A DNA stretch of 56,407 nucleotides, counting the filler, from Streblomastix strix (Eukaryota), in assembly GCA_008636045.1 (NCBI GenBank). It is 2 parts of 2 records of this genome, joined end to end, with 100 filler letters (N's around TTAATTAATTAA, not from the genome) between each part and the next. Parts side by side here need not be neighbours in the genome. Positions count along the whole stretch, not along the records: positions 1 to 28,173 come from SNRW01000129.1; 1 more part is not named here. The stretch is one strand, 5' to 3'. The translations under genes and the position numbers were made by a program. Below, one piece after another: positions 14,566 to 28,273 of this stretch. The notes below the pieces were generated by a model, which had not been told where the DNA came from, ran no database searches, and saw only the letters and a list, made by a program, of their open reading frames with translations. The first letter of the stretch is position 1. Each line of letters starts with the position of its first letter.

Positions 14566-17500
14566 TCAACCATCTTTTTCCATTTATTTTTGAGAATCAA
14601 ACGAATTTCCATATATCATCTGTTAGTTCATTCTTCCCTTGCTCCTCTTCAAACGTGTTAATTGGATTTACCCATCTTCATTGTTACTATTATCTATTTC
14701 ATTATATCCATTGTCATCAGCATTATCTTTTCCTTCATCTTCTAACATTTTTGAATCTGCTTCCTCTTCATCTTCAAGCCAAGGCATTTCTACTCCATTA
14801 TTATCATTGTTATTCACATCTTCATCTTCATACTAATCATTTTATTCATATCCATCTTCTAATTCTTCATCATTTAACTGATCTTATTAGTCAATTTCAT
14901 ATTGTATCTGATCTTCTTCTTCCTGTTATTCTTCTTCTTGATCATCATTTAATTAATTATCATCTTCATCCTCATCTAATACCATTTATGAATTACTTCT
15001 TTCACTAAATCTTCTTTAATTATTCTCAGATGGTAAATTTTCAATAAACTCTAAGTTCTCTTAATCTCTTTCTATATTAACTGCATCTGAATCTTTAATC
15101 ATTTCATAATCCCCTTTATATTCATCATTAATTTGATTTTCATTGTTTTCATTGGTGTCTTATTCCTCATTAAGTCTCTATTATCTAATAAATTCTTCCA
15201 TATTACTATGAGTGGCATCACCAAATAAGATATCATTAATATCATGAGCTGATACATGAATCTTCCCTCCACTTCGCTATTGTTGGACACTATTCTCCTT
15301 CCAAGGAGCATTTCCTTTCTTTTCATCTCGTTTCATTTGTTATTTTAGATTCATTTATATGTTTCTTACATCTCCAACATCATTTCCTTATACAATTCCC
15401 TTGTTTCCATTCAAAGCTATTCCTCATTCTTAATTATTTATAGCATTGAGACCAGATTGTGAGGGAGATTAAATATTATTAGCAATTTTAGGAGATTAAA
15501 CAGGAACTACTTTCATTCTTTTTCTTTATCTTCTAATATCCATATTAATATTTGCATTTCTTTTCTATCCATCATCATTTGCATTTGAATTAACATTTAT
15601 TCCATTAATTACCATCTTCTATTGAATATTATTACCTTATTTCTTCCCTTATCCTCTTCCAATAAATCCTTTCCTTATCTGTGGTTATTAATTATCATTA
15701 TCTTATTCTGGAGTGAGATGAGGAATGCTTATATTCTTTCTTATCCCATTATTCTATTCTCCATTCATTCCTCCTTCTCCAATGTCATTCCTTCCCAAAC
15801 CAAATACTAATTTATTCCCCTTTTAATTCACTCTTCCTGCATGTCTTATATTTCTCTGTATTGCATTCTCTTTAATTCCTGATTTCCTGTCTCCCTGATG
15901 TTGAAATACGATCTCACTTTAACTCTCAGCAAGAAGTGGAGCATCTGCTGCAGCTCCTGTAAGTATTCGGAGGTTCTATTTTTCATCTCTTAAGAATTTA
16001 ACTTTCAGATCTTCACTTGAATTATTGTATTTGTTATTATTGTTATTATTATTATTATTCCTTCTTACATCAAATCTTTCTTTTTCTTCATCAGCTGAAT
16101 CTGATAGTTATTTCTATGCTATTCTAAGAGCAGCTTTCTTCATTGCATTCTCAACTTCTTCTTTTGCTTTTAATTCTTCTTCATTCGTGAGTTGATTTGC
16201 ATTTTCACCCTATAATCCATTATTAACAATATTACTTGTGCTAATTGCAATAAGAGCTCTCTTTTTCATTGTTATTTCATCATCTTCTAAATATTCCATT
16301 ACTTTTAATGCATCATTCAATCTCTAACTTCCTCCCATTATCTTATGTTACTGTCTTGTTAAATATACTTCAGGAGATTGTTCATCTAATTAATTCAATT
16401 AATAAATTGGTTCATTCGTTTATTCGATATTACTTTCATTCTGTTTTGATCCAGTCCATTTGGGTCAGTCTTAACGAGGTTATATTAAACTCACTAATGA
16501 CAAATCGTTATTCTAAATATTGTTTTTAATTTCTTATTAGTTTTCGTTTCTATGTATAATTTATTATAAATATATCTACTATTGTTAATTCTTACAATCA
16601 AGAGATTTATTGACGTTTTCTTCATTACCATAGAATTAAACAGGAACAATAGATTCAAGTGACTAATCATCTTCAGATAAAGGATTATTATTATGAATAT
16701 AAACCTATTTTTATTAAATTGGTTAAACAGTTATTGATGTTGTAATTATAACATGACGTGGTTATTTTGGTGATTTGGGTGATTTCTATAATTATCCTTA
16801 TACTTACTATGTTGGAGTTATCGGTCTATTCTTTTGAGCATTTATTTTGATTTATTATGAAGGAATAACTCCAGCTGATTAAGGTTGATTAGATTGATTC
16901 TATTATGACCATTTAGCTCTTTAAGGAGCAACATTGACATTCTATTTTAATTGAGGTGTTGATGGTGTATGTTGTTGATGTGATTATGGTTGTTAGTTTT
17001 ATTGTACCTACTATATAGGTTTAGGAGATATATATGCATCTGGTGGAGATATAACAGTTCTTTATACAATTTATTTTGATTATTTCTATTTTGCACTTGG
17101 AGTTTATTAATTAGATGTTGGAGTTACCAATCTTCCTTATTATTATGATTTATGTAATTGAGATGAAGATCCTGTAGTTAGAATCAAAGATTATAATTAT
17201 TATTTAGGTGAAATGCAAGATTATTAAAAAAGAGTCTATATGGGGATATCAAGTCTTTATGAATGTTATTAAACTTCATTAGAAGACAAGAATTATTACA
17301 ATGATATTCTTTTATTGGGATCTCTTATTAACATTCCTTTAATAAATGAAGTGAGAGATTATGAATACATATTTGATGGGATTGGTTTGGGTACTTAATT
17401 TAGAATTTTCATTATAAGAGCTCCTTAATTAGGTGCTTCAAAGGGTTTGGAATAAGTACAAAGTTCATATATTACACATCCTAATGCCCAAATATCTGAC

Positions 17501-18351
17501 TATTAGAATGAATTTAAGAAAAGATTAATAAAATGAATATAAGAGAAAAAATTCATAAAATGATAAATATAATAATATTCATTCATTCACTATTGTATAT
17601 ACTTTATAATTATATGGTTATGACTGAATAAGTTCTGGTGAGAGGTAATAGGGTGTTCCAACTGTTGTCTGTGCGAATGAATGAGTATCCAGAAGTTTAG
17701 CCACGCCAAGATCACCAATCTTCACTGTATTGTTCTTAGCTAGGAATATATTCAATGTTTTAACATCTCTGTGGATAACCTTGTTTGAATGAATGTCTTT
17801 TTATAGAAGTATTATATTAATAAATAGAAATAAAAATAATTCAAATGTCATGTTTGGAATTTAACGAGGCAAACGGTAAAGTCCAATTGAAATTTCTATT
17901 AGAAATTTCCAAACTATATCTTCAGGAATAGGCTTTTTTGTTATTTTTTATTTCTATAAGAAAAAAATAATAATAAATAAAAAAGAATGATAATTTTGAA
18001 TACTTAAATATATTCTGCCAGATTTCCCTGATCGGCTAATTCCATAATAATGTTGAGCATTCCATTGTCTATAAACGAGTCATAATATCTAATGATATAT
18101 GGAGAATTTAATTTTGCAAGGAGAGTAACTTCCTGAATTGTATCTTGCTATTCTTTTCTAAATATAAAAAAAAGTCATAAGTTTACTGAGAAAAATGGTA
18201 GTAAATACAGATTCAGTTGTTGGATATCAATTTGTTTTAAACAGTAGAAATTTTAATCAATCTTACGTTTTACACGGAACACTTATCCATATGATCCTTT
18301 GCCGATTTTTTATAAAATTTCAAAATCGCTAATTCTAGAACGCTGCTCCAT
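14566..18351 (-). CDS. NIMA-related (NEK) Ser/Thr kinase with a ~900-aa Q/E/N-rich tail, ~1190 aa, 4 introns in the kinase domain
   Basis: [94 protein letters not shown]. The last exon, 17499 to TGA 14566-14568, is in one frame (978 codons). Confidence 0.92.
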
Positions 18352-19297
18352 TAAAAAGTAAAACTATAAACAGAATAAAAAATATAAATACAAAAATTTT
18401 GCAAAATTATGATTTTTTAAGATATGAGTAGAATTATATGAATAAAAAATATAAGTTAATTAATAAATCATTATTTATGAATTTATTACATATATTATTA
18501 AATTAATTAAAAATATATCAGATTTATAGAAAAGTTTATAAAAATATTTTCAAAAAATATAAGTTCAAAGCCTTAAAATTTTAAAAAATGAAAATAAGGT
18601 GGTAACTCTAATAAACTTATATCTTTTATGCTAGAATTGATTTAAATAAATAGATATATTCATTTTTTGTAGTCCAAAATTTAAAATTATCAAAAATTCA
18701 AAAAAAATTATTTTTATTCAATTTTCTTATTTAATTTCTTATTCAGTTATTTCAGAAATATTTGATCGTTATTCATTCCTTTTGTTACTACTTGGACTGT
18801 GTTTCTCATATTTTATCGAATTCAAAAATTTTCCAAAAGGGACAGATCATCATTCAAGCGTAATTTGTCTTAATCTCTCATTTAAACAGCAAATTCTACA
18901 TAAATATACTAAATTTGTACATTTTTTTTAATTCAGTAATAAAACTTTACTTAATTCAATGAATAAAACCCAAAACATATTTTTGATTTTGAATGCTAGC
19001 TTTTCAATCATATAGCAATATTTTCACAAATATATCTTATTTTTGTTTTCAATAAAATATCAAAAAATTAATTAGAGTCTTAAATAGAGTCGAAATTTCG
19101 CTTGAAATATTTTCATTGATACCAACAAATTTTAACGCAATCATTCTTTTTCATTTTTCAATAGTTAAATACAACTGCATGCTTATATCACTTTGATATT
19201 CATTTAATTCAGATTAAACATCCAAACCAGTAATTTAGGAAGAATTTTCACTTTTTATTCTTATATTTTATTTTCTTAAAGTAAAAAGATCACAAAT

Positions 19298-20896
19298 ATG
19301 GCATTTGTAAGAAAAAGCAAGTTCCGTCATGTATATGGACAATTGCCTAAAATCGAGCAGCATTACTCGGATATCAAGGGATCATCATCCACTTTAGACA
19401 CCAACATGATAAAAGTCAATGAAAAGTACATTTCTTACATCTGGCAAGGTACCGGAGGTGGATCCATCTGCGTATTTCCAGTAGAGAATATTGGTCGTCA
19501 GCCGTCAAATCCTCCGTTAATCACCGGACACACAAGGCCAGTTACGGACATGGACTTCTCTCCATTCAACCCAGTGTGATATTTATTACTATAATTCATT
19601 CATATTATATTCATATTATTTTAGAGTATTATAGCTACCACCTGTGAAGATTGTCTTGTGAGGGTATTCAAGATCCCAGAAGGAGGTATCCATGAAGGAG
19701 GATTGAATGATGCAGTACAAACACTGTCAGGACATGGTCGTAAATCAACAGAACTATTCTTCAATCCAGTTGCTGAGAATATCTTGGCATCAGCAGGAGC
19801 AGAGAACTCAATCAAGATTTGGGATATAGAGAGTGGTGCAAGCTTATTTAACATTGATACTGTTCATACAGATTCAATATAGTCCTTCAAATGGAATGAA
19901 GAAGGTAATTTAATAGCAACATAGAGCAGGGATAAGAAAGCAAGAATCATTGATGTTCGTTCAGGTGAAGTAACTTCTGAGTTTGCTTCACATCAGGGGA
20001 TGAAGACAGCTCGTATTCTGTGGAACAATATAAGAGGATGGCTGATATCTCCTGGATTTGGGAAGTAGAGTGAACGTGAATTAATTATCTGGGATTAGCG
20101 TGATTCAAGCAAACCCATTGTGCAACAGAAGATTGATCAGTCAAGTGGAATCATGTTACCTTTCTTTGATGAAGCAACTCAACTTCTATTCATTGCATCA
20201 AAGGGAGAAGCTACAATCCGTTACTATGAACTTAATGATGAAGCTCCACATGCACACTTTGTGAGTGCATTTAACGAAGGTCACCCAACTCGTGGCATAA
20301 CAATGATTCCAAAAGTACTTGTGAATGCTAAAGATTGCGAGATTGCCAAATTCTACAGAACAACTGCTAAGGACACAATTGAACCTATTTCGTTCATTGT
20401 ACCCCGTCGCTCAGAGCAATTCCAGGATGATATATATCCACCAGTTGTAGATTCAGCTACTCCTTCACTCAATGGAACTGATTGGGCATCTGGATAGAAT
20501 AAGAAGCAGAGATACTTCCAGTTCACAGCTACTGAACCCAAATATCTTGATGCAGATACAGATATAAGTCATTATTATAAGGAGACGAAAGCTGAATTTG
20601 CTTCATTGAAAACACCAATTTCAGATAAAGTGGGACCTAAAGTAGCAGCTGCAGAAATAAAGTCACCGGATGTTAAGAAATCTCCTGGACCAACATTTCA
20701 AACTCCGAAGATAACTCCATCCCCTCAGTTGGGATCAGTTAGTTCAGTTGATAAAAGTGAAGATCTTAGGACAGCTAAAGATAAGATCGATGAACTTGAG
20801 AGGCAACTTCGCTTGAAAGATGAAGTCATTGGAGATCTGAGGAAGTAAGTAGATGAACTTGAGAAGAAAGTGGAGGAGTTGGAAAACCCTCAATGA
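19298..20896 (+). CDS. CORO1: Coronin (actin-binding WD40 protein with C-terminal coiled coil), one intron 19574-19624
   Basis: MAFVRKSKFRHVYG, GGGSICV, GHTRPVTDMDFSPFN, FNPVAENILASAG, IDQSSGIMLPFFD, KGEATIRYYE, IEPISFIVPRRSEQFQDDIYP, then a coiled coil and TGA at 20894-20896. Confidence 0.96.
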
Positions 20897-21671
20897 TCGT
20901 GCTGTATGTAAGTTGTATCTGACCATTCGTTGGATATGATGATAGCTAATCATACTTTCAAATCATATGGATAAAGTTATTATTGTTTTAGTGAATATAT
21001 CTTCAAGATTATATATGATCTGCAATTCTACATTTTTTACTTATTAAATTTTTTCCTGTCAAATAGGAGTTTAATTTTATACAAACAGGAATATTGACGA
21101 TAAACTAATTATTATATTAAGCTTAATTTCAGTTTGAAATAGCGTTGTTTTGAATTAGGACAAAAAGTCAGAATTTGGTTCAGCAACTTATACATAGGTA
21201 AATAGTTGTGTTTTATGCGCTTTTTTATGCCAATAATGATATATTACTTATTCCAACTTATCTTCATACAAAAACACCAACATTAGGAGTAAAAATCGAA
21301 AACCAAAAAATCGTTGCGAACGGCATTTTCTGCTTTAATGCTGGCATAGAAATTCAAATAAACCTACTTTATTTAAAAAAATTATATATTCCATAATTTT
21401 TACACACTATGCAACAACAGCACTAATTTCCGTGGCTGAATATACGGAATCTTGTTTAAATTGTCGAATAACATGTTTTTCATACTTTTGAAGTTGAAAT
21501 AATATATATGGGTTGATTATTTATTCTTATCCATTCAATATTAATGTACTTACACCCTAAATTAATCAATACTCAAATTCTAATTGATAGGTTGGCAATG
21601 AAACACAAAAACAACTTTTCTTTTAATTTATTATTATTTTATATATATAATTTTTCTTCAAAAGAACACCG

Positions 21672-24439
21672 ATGAATGGTGCTTCTCAGGTTCCATAGGG
21701 TGCGTATCGAGTTGCTGATTCGGGAGAGTACAGAATAGGTTTTTTTTTGTTGAGTTTTTTTTCTGCCATTTTTTTTTTCTCTTATTATATTTATAGACAA
21801 TCCATGCCGGCTGATTATAAATTATGTACCTCAGTCAATCACACCGGATATATTCAGCGAGATATTTGTTCCTTATGGACGTGTTGTACACTGCAAATTG
21901 ATGATGGACAAAAAAAGTGTAAAAATAATTATCATTTTTTTCTTTTATTTTATTTTATTTTTTTGTTTTGTTTACTGATTAACAGCGCACAGTTGCCTTG
22001 GCTATGGGTTTGTTGAATACCAAACCAAGGAAGAAGCAGCCAGAGCAATGCACGAGCTGAATGGAGTCCCACTCTTGAACAAGCGCCTCAAAGTATCATA
22101 TGCGCGTGATCCAAGCACGGATATTAAAGACTCAAATGTTTACATCGCTGGTTTTGGTCCACATATGGGCGAGGAAAGTTTGGGAGCTGTTTTCTCTGAT
22201 TTTGGGACTGTAATGAACATACATTTACTTCGTGGTATACATATATCTATTATTTATTTTATATTGAGTTTATTATTATTAAATATTAATTATAGATGAA
22301 TAAGGCATCTCAAGAGGAGCAGCATTTGTTAGAATGAATAATAATTAAGAGGTAAGCTCATTCTTTTCTCATTAATAACAATTTTATTTATTTCTGAATC
22401 AATTATAATTTTATCAGGCAGCAAATGCAGTTAAATGTTTGAATGGTAGTCTAATGATGGGTAGAGTTGTTTATGCCAAGGTTTGACATGATATATCATA
22501 TACATACAATTGTTGTTAATTAATCTTATTTGATGAAATTGAATATTATTATTTCATTACTATTATCAATTAGATACACATACCACTTCCATTTCGTCGA
22601 AATTAGAAGATCAAAGGAAAAGGAACAAGCAATGGAGGTTTATTAATAATTTACATGACAAAATATTATAATTAATTTTATAATCTGTCTTTATTTATAA
22701 TTAATTTTATTTTTATATCTTTATATATAATTAATTTTATTATCTATTTTTATATATAATTAATATTAGGAGGATCAAAAAGAGATAATTCTGGATCTGT
22801 TGAATTACATCTTTATTCACCAACTTCATTTGATTCATAAAACATCCAGTCTACGTATCCTCAATATAATTAATCATAATATTCATCATCATAACTGTCT
22901 TTATAATCTCCACAATCCATTACAACATAGTCAACACAATCTCTGACATCACAATCAACATAACAGTCATTCTTTGATCATTCAAGTAGTAATCCATCTC
23001 TATCTAATGAAGATCTGTATAATCAGGCAGCGCGTGAGTATCAATAATATGAATACCAAGATTATAGAATAGATGAAGAAGATGAATTATAATAATAATA
23101 ATAATAAATACAGTAGAGGTATGATGGATCATTTAATAGAGGAGAAGGAAGAGGAAGAGCTTATAAGGGAAGGATAAGAGAGTATCCTGATGCTAATGAA
23201 AGAGTAATGAGTATTAATTAGTCATTGAATAGAAGACCTGATCATATACAATAATAAAGAGATACAAGATAGTAGTTTATAACTCACACTCCTCCTAGGA
23301 ATACATTATCTCAAACATCATACAATCGTATTTAGTCATATTAACCCTCATAGAGAATAGGATATGAATATCCATATACATAATCTGATCCAATAACATC
23401 ATCATCATCATCATCATCATCTATTCATTATCCAATTACACACCCTCAACCATTTGATGATCCTTCCCCACCAGAAATACAGGTACCAAGTTCTTTCTTA
23501 GTTGCAGATTAATAAAAGATTCACTAAGAACTGCCTTAAAGAATACTTTAGACCTTTCAGTAATAAAACAGAGGTGTTCACTCACAATAATCTGATTAAG
23601 ATACTAGATTGAACTCTGCATATTCTCAAATTCCTGATCCTAATTCAAATTAAGCTCAAAATCAATTTCAAATGCATCTTTCTGATCTGGAACTTTTATT
23701 CCAATAGTAATTGATGATGTAGAATCCAGTAACTACTGTTGGATCATAACATTAAGAACCATCTTCAAAGTAAAAAGATGAATAAGTGAAATATTTATCA
23801 AACTTAACACAACAACCTGCAATTCCATATAATATACCGAAACCTCCCTCTTCAAATGCAATTCCAAACGCTCTTTAACTCTAGATCATTGATCCATCGC
23901 TACAATCTCAAAGCTCAGGTCCAATATACTAGAATTCTAATACCAAATAAAGTTTAGGAGTCAGCAATACAATAAATACAGGTATTAATAAAGATGTTAG
24001 GATGGAATGGGAAGATGGGAAAGGAAATAACGGCCCTAATAATAGTGGATTTATTTTGTAAAGCAGTTAAATTCCGATCTCTCTCCATATTCCACCCAGC
24101 CAATACTCACAGATTGTTCATTATTAATCAAATCCTAACCAACCTATAATGTATTAATATCCTTAATAATAATAATAATCTATTTCATCTTAATATCCTG
24201 TATAATCTATTGCACCATAGTCATAATCAACATAATCAACTTCATTTGCTTATGCTTCATCAACAACAACATCATCATCTTCTTCTTCTTCATCTTCATC
24301 AAATGAATAAGCAAAATCTTCCTCTTCTTCTTCTTCACTAGCTCAATTAACACCAAATTAATTTGTATCACCTCAAATAAATGGAAATTAGAATATGATT
24401 GAATAATAATAACAATAACAATAACAATAAAGCAAATGA
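21672..24439 (+). CDS. ELAV/Hu/Sex-lethal-like tandem RRM RNA-binding protein with a ~550-aa Q/S/P/N-rich tail
   Basis: Spliced RRM1: RLIINYVPQS..CKLMMDKKTHSCLGYGFVEY..AMHELNG..NKRLKVSYARDPSTDIKDSNVYIAG. RRM2 has SRGAAFVRM. About 6 introns; the last exon runs from ~22770 to TGA 24437-24439, followed directly by a second TGA. Confidence 0.88.
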
Positions 24440-25688
24440 TGATAAATGGAGAAATCGAAATAATAATAAATATTATTAATAAATCATTTGCAAAAGTATT
24501 TATTTTTTATTTGATTGAAGAAGAGGAAATACGATTTCTTTATTTATTTTCATTTGGTTTTTATTTTATTCAAATTTGTCTTTCTTAGTTTCAATATTTT
24601 CTTTTTATTTTATCTAATTCGATTATTCATATAATTACCTCATTATTTTATTTTTCAATTTCAACAATTTTTTCATTATTTGCTATTTTTCAAATTCTTT
24701 TTGAATTTTATTTTATAGAAATTATGCTCCATTCAATATGAAACTTATACATAATCATCCAAATACGAGTTTTATATCTGTGATTCTATTAATGAGTTTT
24801 GTTCACACATTTCATAGTCTTCAAATATTATATTATCTATTATTCTGAATTATTTTTAAATTTATTTGTCAAAACTTTAACAATAATATCTGTATTATAC
24901 TTTGATCTTGCAATACTCACACATATATCAGATTTTAAAATTTTGAGTGTATTTAATCTTAATTTCAAACATGATTATTATATTAATGTTCTAACAACTT
25001 TATTTTTCTTGTCTCAAATTTATGGATTATTTCTTTTATAATGTTTTTATTAATAAATTATTTAGAGCCGAAATCGCAATAGACCGATTGAACAATAAAC
25101 GATTCTCTATTAAATCTTTATTTTATTAATTATAATTGATTAGAAAAGATCCTTCTTATCTCTTTGAGACGAGCTTATCGGCAATCATAACGAAACATTC
25201 AAACCCATTTATGATTTCTTGCACCGTGCGCCTAACTCTTCTGCCTAAAAGGAATGAATTTAAATTATTGTTCCATTGTTATTGTTTTTTTAATAATTTA
25301 TAATGCCAATCAAAACCATACACATACAAAATTTTAATTTCAATTTTTTCACCAGTATTGTTTAACATTGCATATAATAAATTAAATGAATCATCTCTAT
25401 TTATATTATTCTATATTTTTACTATTCAAATTAATGTATTTATTTACTCTCAACACCAATAAATGGAATAATATTTTTTTTATAAAAATTTGTTCTATGC
25501 TGTGAATCTTGAGATATGATGTGTTGATTATTTCTTTTTTTCATCAATCTAACAAATAATATTATTTTTATATAAAGAACAAGCAAAAATAGCTGTCTTT
25601 TTAACTTTAAAGAACTAATCAAACTCATTTTATTATTTTTATTATTTTTTTATTATTTTTTATTATAGAATATTTTATATTCAAGAAA

Positions 25689-27730
25689 ATGAATCGTGGA
25701 AGGTACTTTTAAGTTTTTATTTTTTTAATTTTATATTAATTTTTAGAAAGGGGAAAAGATTTTAGACATTTTATCCGCAACAAAACGGAAAGCTGAGTAA
25801 TCAGTATGTATTCATTCTAATACATTTTATTTTATTAATATTTACTTTACAAAATGCTATAATTAATATTATTTTAGGTAACAATTTTAATCTTCATACA
25901 CGCAACCCCCACGGCAGCAATTCACACTTGAAGTTTGTATTTATTTTTTTTAACATTTTTTAATTTTGTTATTTGGATTAATGTCCAATTTGAATGTGAT
26001 ATAACTCTTTTAATATAAATAGATTTATGGTATTGCTAAGGATGTTAGTCACAAGCGTTTTATAAAGTTCATTAATTCTTCTGTTGCTGCACCTGTTACA
26101 ATGAGAAATGTTTATTTATTTTTAGATCTTCAAATTTTTCATTTTTTATTATTTAATTTTTTCAGCTGAAAAGACCAGGTGAAAAAATTGAGTTTCAAGT
26201 TAATACTGAAGATGAAAAAAACAATATTCTTGCTCTTAATGGGAGAAATATGGATGGATTATATAAAGTTTATTATAACTTTACTATTTTATATAATTTT
26301 ATTGATTATTTTACACCTAATGTTATTTTTATTTTTTTAACTGACTTATTTTCGATTTCTTTGATACCAGCTTCGTATAATAGAAACAGGATAAGCAGTA
26401 TTACAGAAACAGGTTCTACTTATGAGGTATATCGATATGAAATACAACTTTGAAGAAAGAATTCTTGATCTGGAAGGAATATCAAGTGATTAGTAACTCC
26501 GCACTGTTGGAATAATACCCGATTTCCAAGATGCAAATTTCTGTCAGATTCTTCTTGATGCCATTCGCTTCCATACAAGAGGAGTTGTATAATTGAGTTT
26601 AGCCAATAACAAAATACAAACATTAAGGCATTTGTCTGATCTATATAAAGCTGCTCCTAAGTTAAGGATGCTTGCTCTACAATATAATAGTATTTGTATG
26701 ATGAGTATATTATTATTTGATTTCACTCACTACTATTTATTTATTTAGAACAACTGAAGGAGTTAGATTACATCAGAAATTGTAATATCACACACCTATC
26801 TCTTATGGGTAATCCAGTCAACAATAAGAAGGATAAACTTTCATATAAAAATAATATCAACACAATCTTCAATAATAGATTATAATTTCTTGATGGTGAA
26901 GATCTCCCAAATATTCTTAATTTAGAACAAAATCCAGTGTGGAATATTTATTTGCTGTTATTATATTTCTTAATTTATTATCAATTATTTTTTATTTATT
27001 TATTTCAATTCAGCTTCCAGAACAATTACTTATTGGATAATAAAATGATGAAGAAAGAATGAGAGCTGCAGAATTTCTTTAACAGTACTTTAAAGAATAT
27101 GATGAAAATACACCTGCCCATAACCGAATGAATTTGATTGCTGCATATGATGACAATGCTACTTTCTCACTTACTTTCAACAAAGCTCGAGATAATTAGA
27201 ACAGAAACTAATTATCTGGTTAACTTTCCCAGATAGGAGCAATACTTCCTGTAGGAGATAAGAATGGTATATACACCACAAACTCACGCAATTTATTGTC
27301 TATATAGGACTTCAAACAGCGCATCTAATTACTGAAGAAGGGACCCGATGAAATTATTAGCACTTTGAAGCACTTACCTCTGAGTAAGCACACAATATCG
27401 GGTATTGACATAATACCAATGGATGTACCCGTTCAAGTATCTGGAGGGGAACTTCCATAATATAAAAATTGGAGTACAATGGTTTTGCGCTTTTCTGGAT
27501 ACTTCTAAGAAATTGGATAATAATAAATGGGAAACACTGAGCAGGTTTTGAGACCTTTCTCCCGCACATTCATCATTATACAATCAGTAAGCTTAATCCC
27601 TAAGGCAGGAATTCCACGATGGCCACTTGTTATAGCAAGCGATCACCTAACAATCAGCTCTGATCTTGACTGGGTATAAAGAACATTTGAGATTAAAAGT
27701 CAAAATGAAATAAAGGCACAAATGAACTGA
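25689..27730 (+). CDS. NXF1: Nuclear mRNA export factor NXF1/TAP/Mex67 (RRM-like, LRR and NTF2-like domains), about 7 introns
   Basis: KYNFEERILDLEGISSD (cf. TAP RYDGSQQALDLKGLRSD), LSLANNKI, LSLMGNPV, LQFLDGEDLP; NTF2-like FLQQYFKEYD..RMNLIAAYDDNATFSL, NSRNLL, LLKKGPDEIISTLKHLPLSKH, RPFSRTFI, IASDHLTI; TGA at 27728-27730. Confidence 0.9.
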
Positions 27731-28173
27731 ATTGAGTTGTTACTTTCCTTCATTTCACTGATTTTAACATTTTAATATAAAGGAATTGATATTTTATGAA
27801 AATTTCAATATTTTAAACTCCTATTATTAAACATGTTGAGAGTCATTAACAAAATAATCTAAAAAGGTGATTTATTATTATCGATAGCTCAATAATAAAT
27901 GTTTAATTATACGTTTTTCAATTAATAAGCATATATTTATAAAATTTGATCATGAATATTACATATAAATTAACATCCAGCCACAAAATTGAAATAAAAA
28001 TTTATTTCCACGACAACTCTTTAAATAAATCATATTATTTAATTTAATATATAGTATATTTAATAAAATTATATGTTTTAATCTAAATTCACACATTTAA
28101 ACAATATTAAATCTATTCCAGATTATAAACACTGTTTTTTTACTTAATCTTTAATATGCTAATTGCACACGAA

Positions 28174-28273
28174 NNNNNNNNNNNNNNNNNNNNNNNNNNN
28201 NNNNNNNNNNNNNNNNNTTAATTAATTAANNNNNNNNNNNNNNNNNNNNNNNNNNNNNNNNNNNNNNNNNNNN
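28174..28273. other. Artificial scaffold gap: 44 N + TTAATTAATTAA + 44 N
   Basis: Exactly 100 nt, with the synthetic six-frame-stop spacer at 28218-28229. Confidence 0.97.

Noticed and set aside
14547..15008. His/Leu-rich 153-aa ORF on +, and similarly 30068..30415 on -
   Set aside because: Antisense reading of GAT/GAA-rich acidic coding sequence of the NEK and SMC1.
17700..17725. DLG instead of DFG as a sign of a pseudokinase
   Set aside because: DLG is normal in several active NEK subfamilies, and the catalytic Lys and HRD are intact.
28218..28229. Palindromic TTAATTAATTAA as a biological site
   Set aside because: Synthetic spacer centred in a 100-nt N gap.
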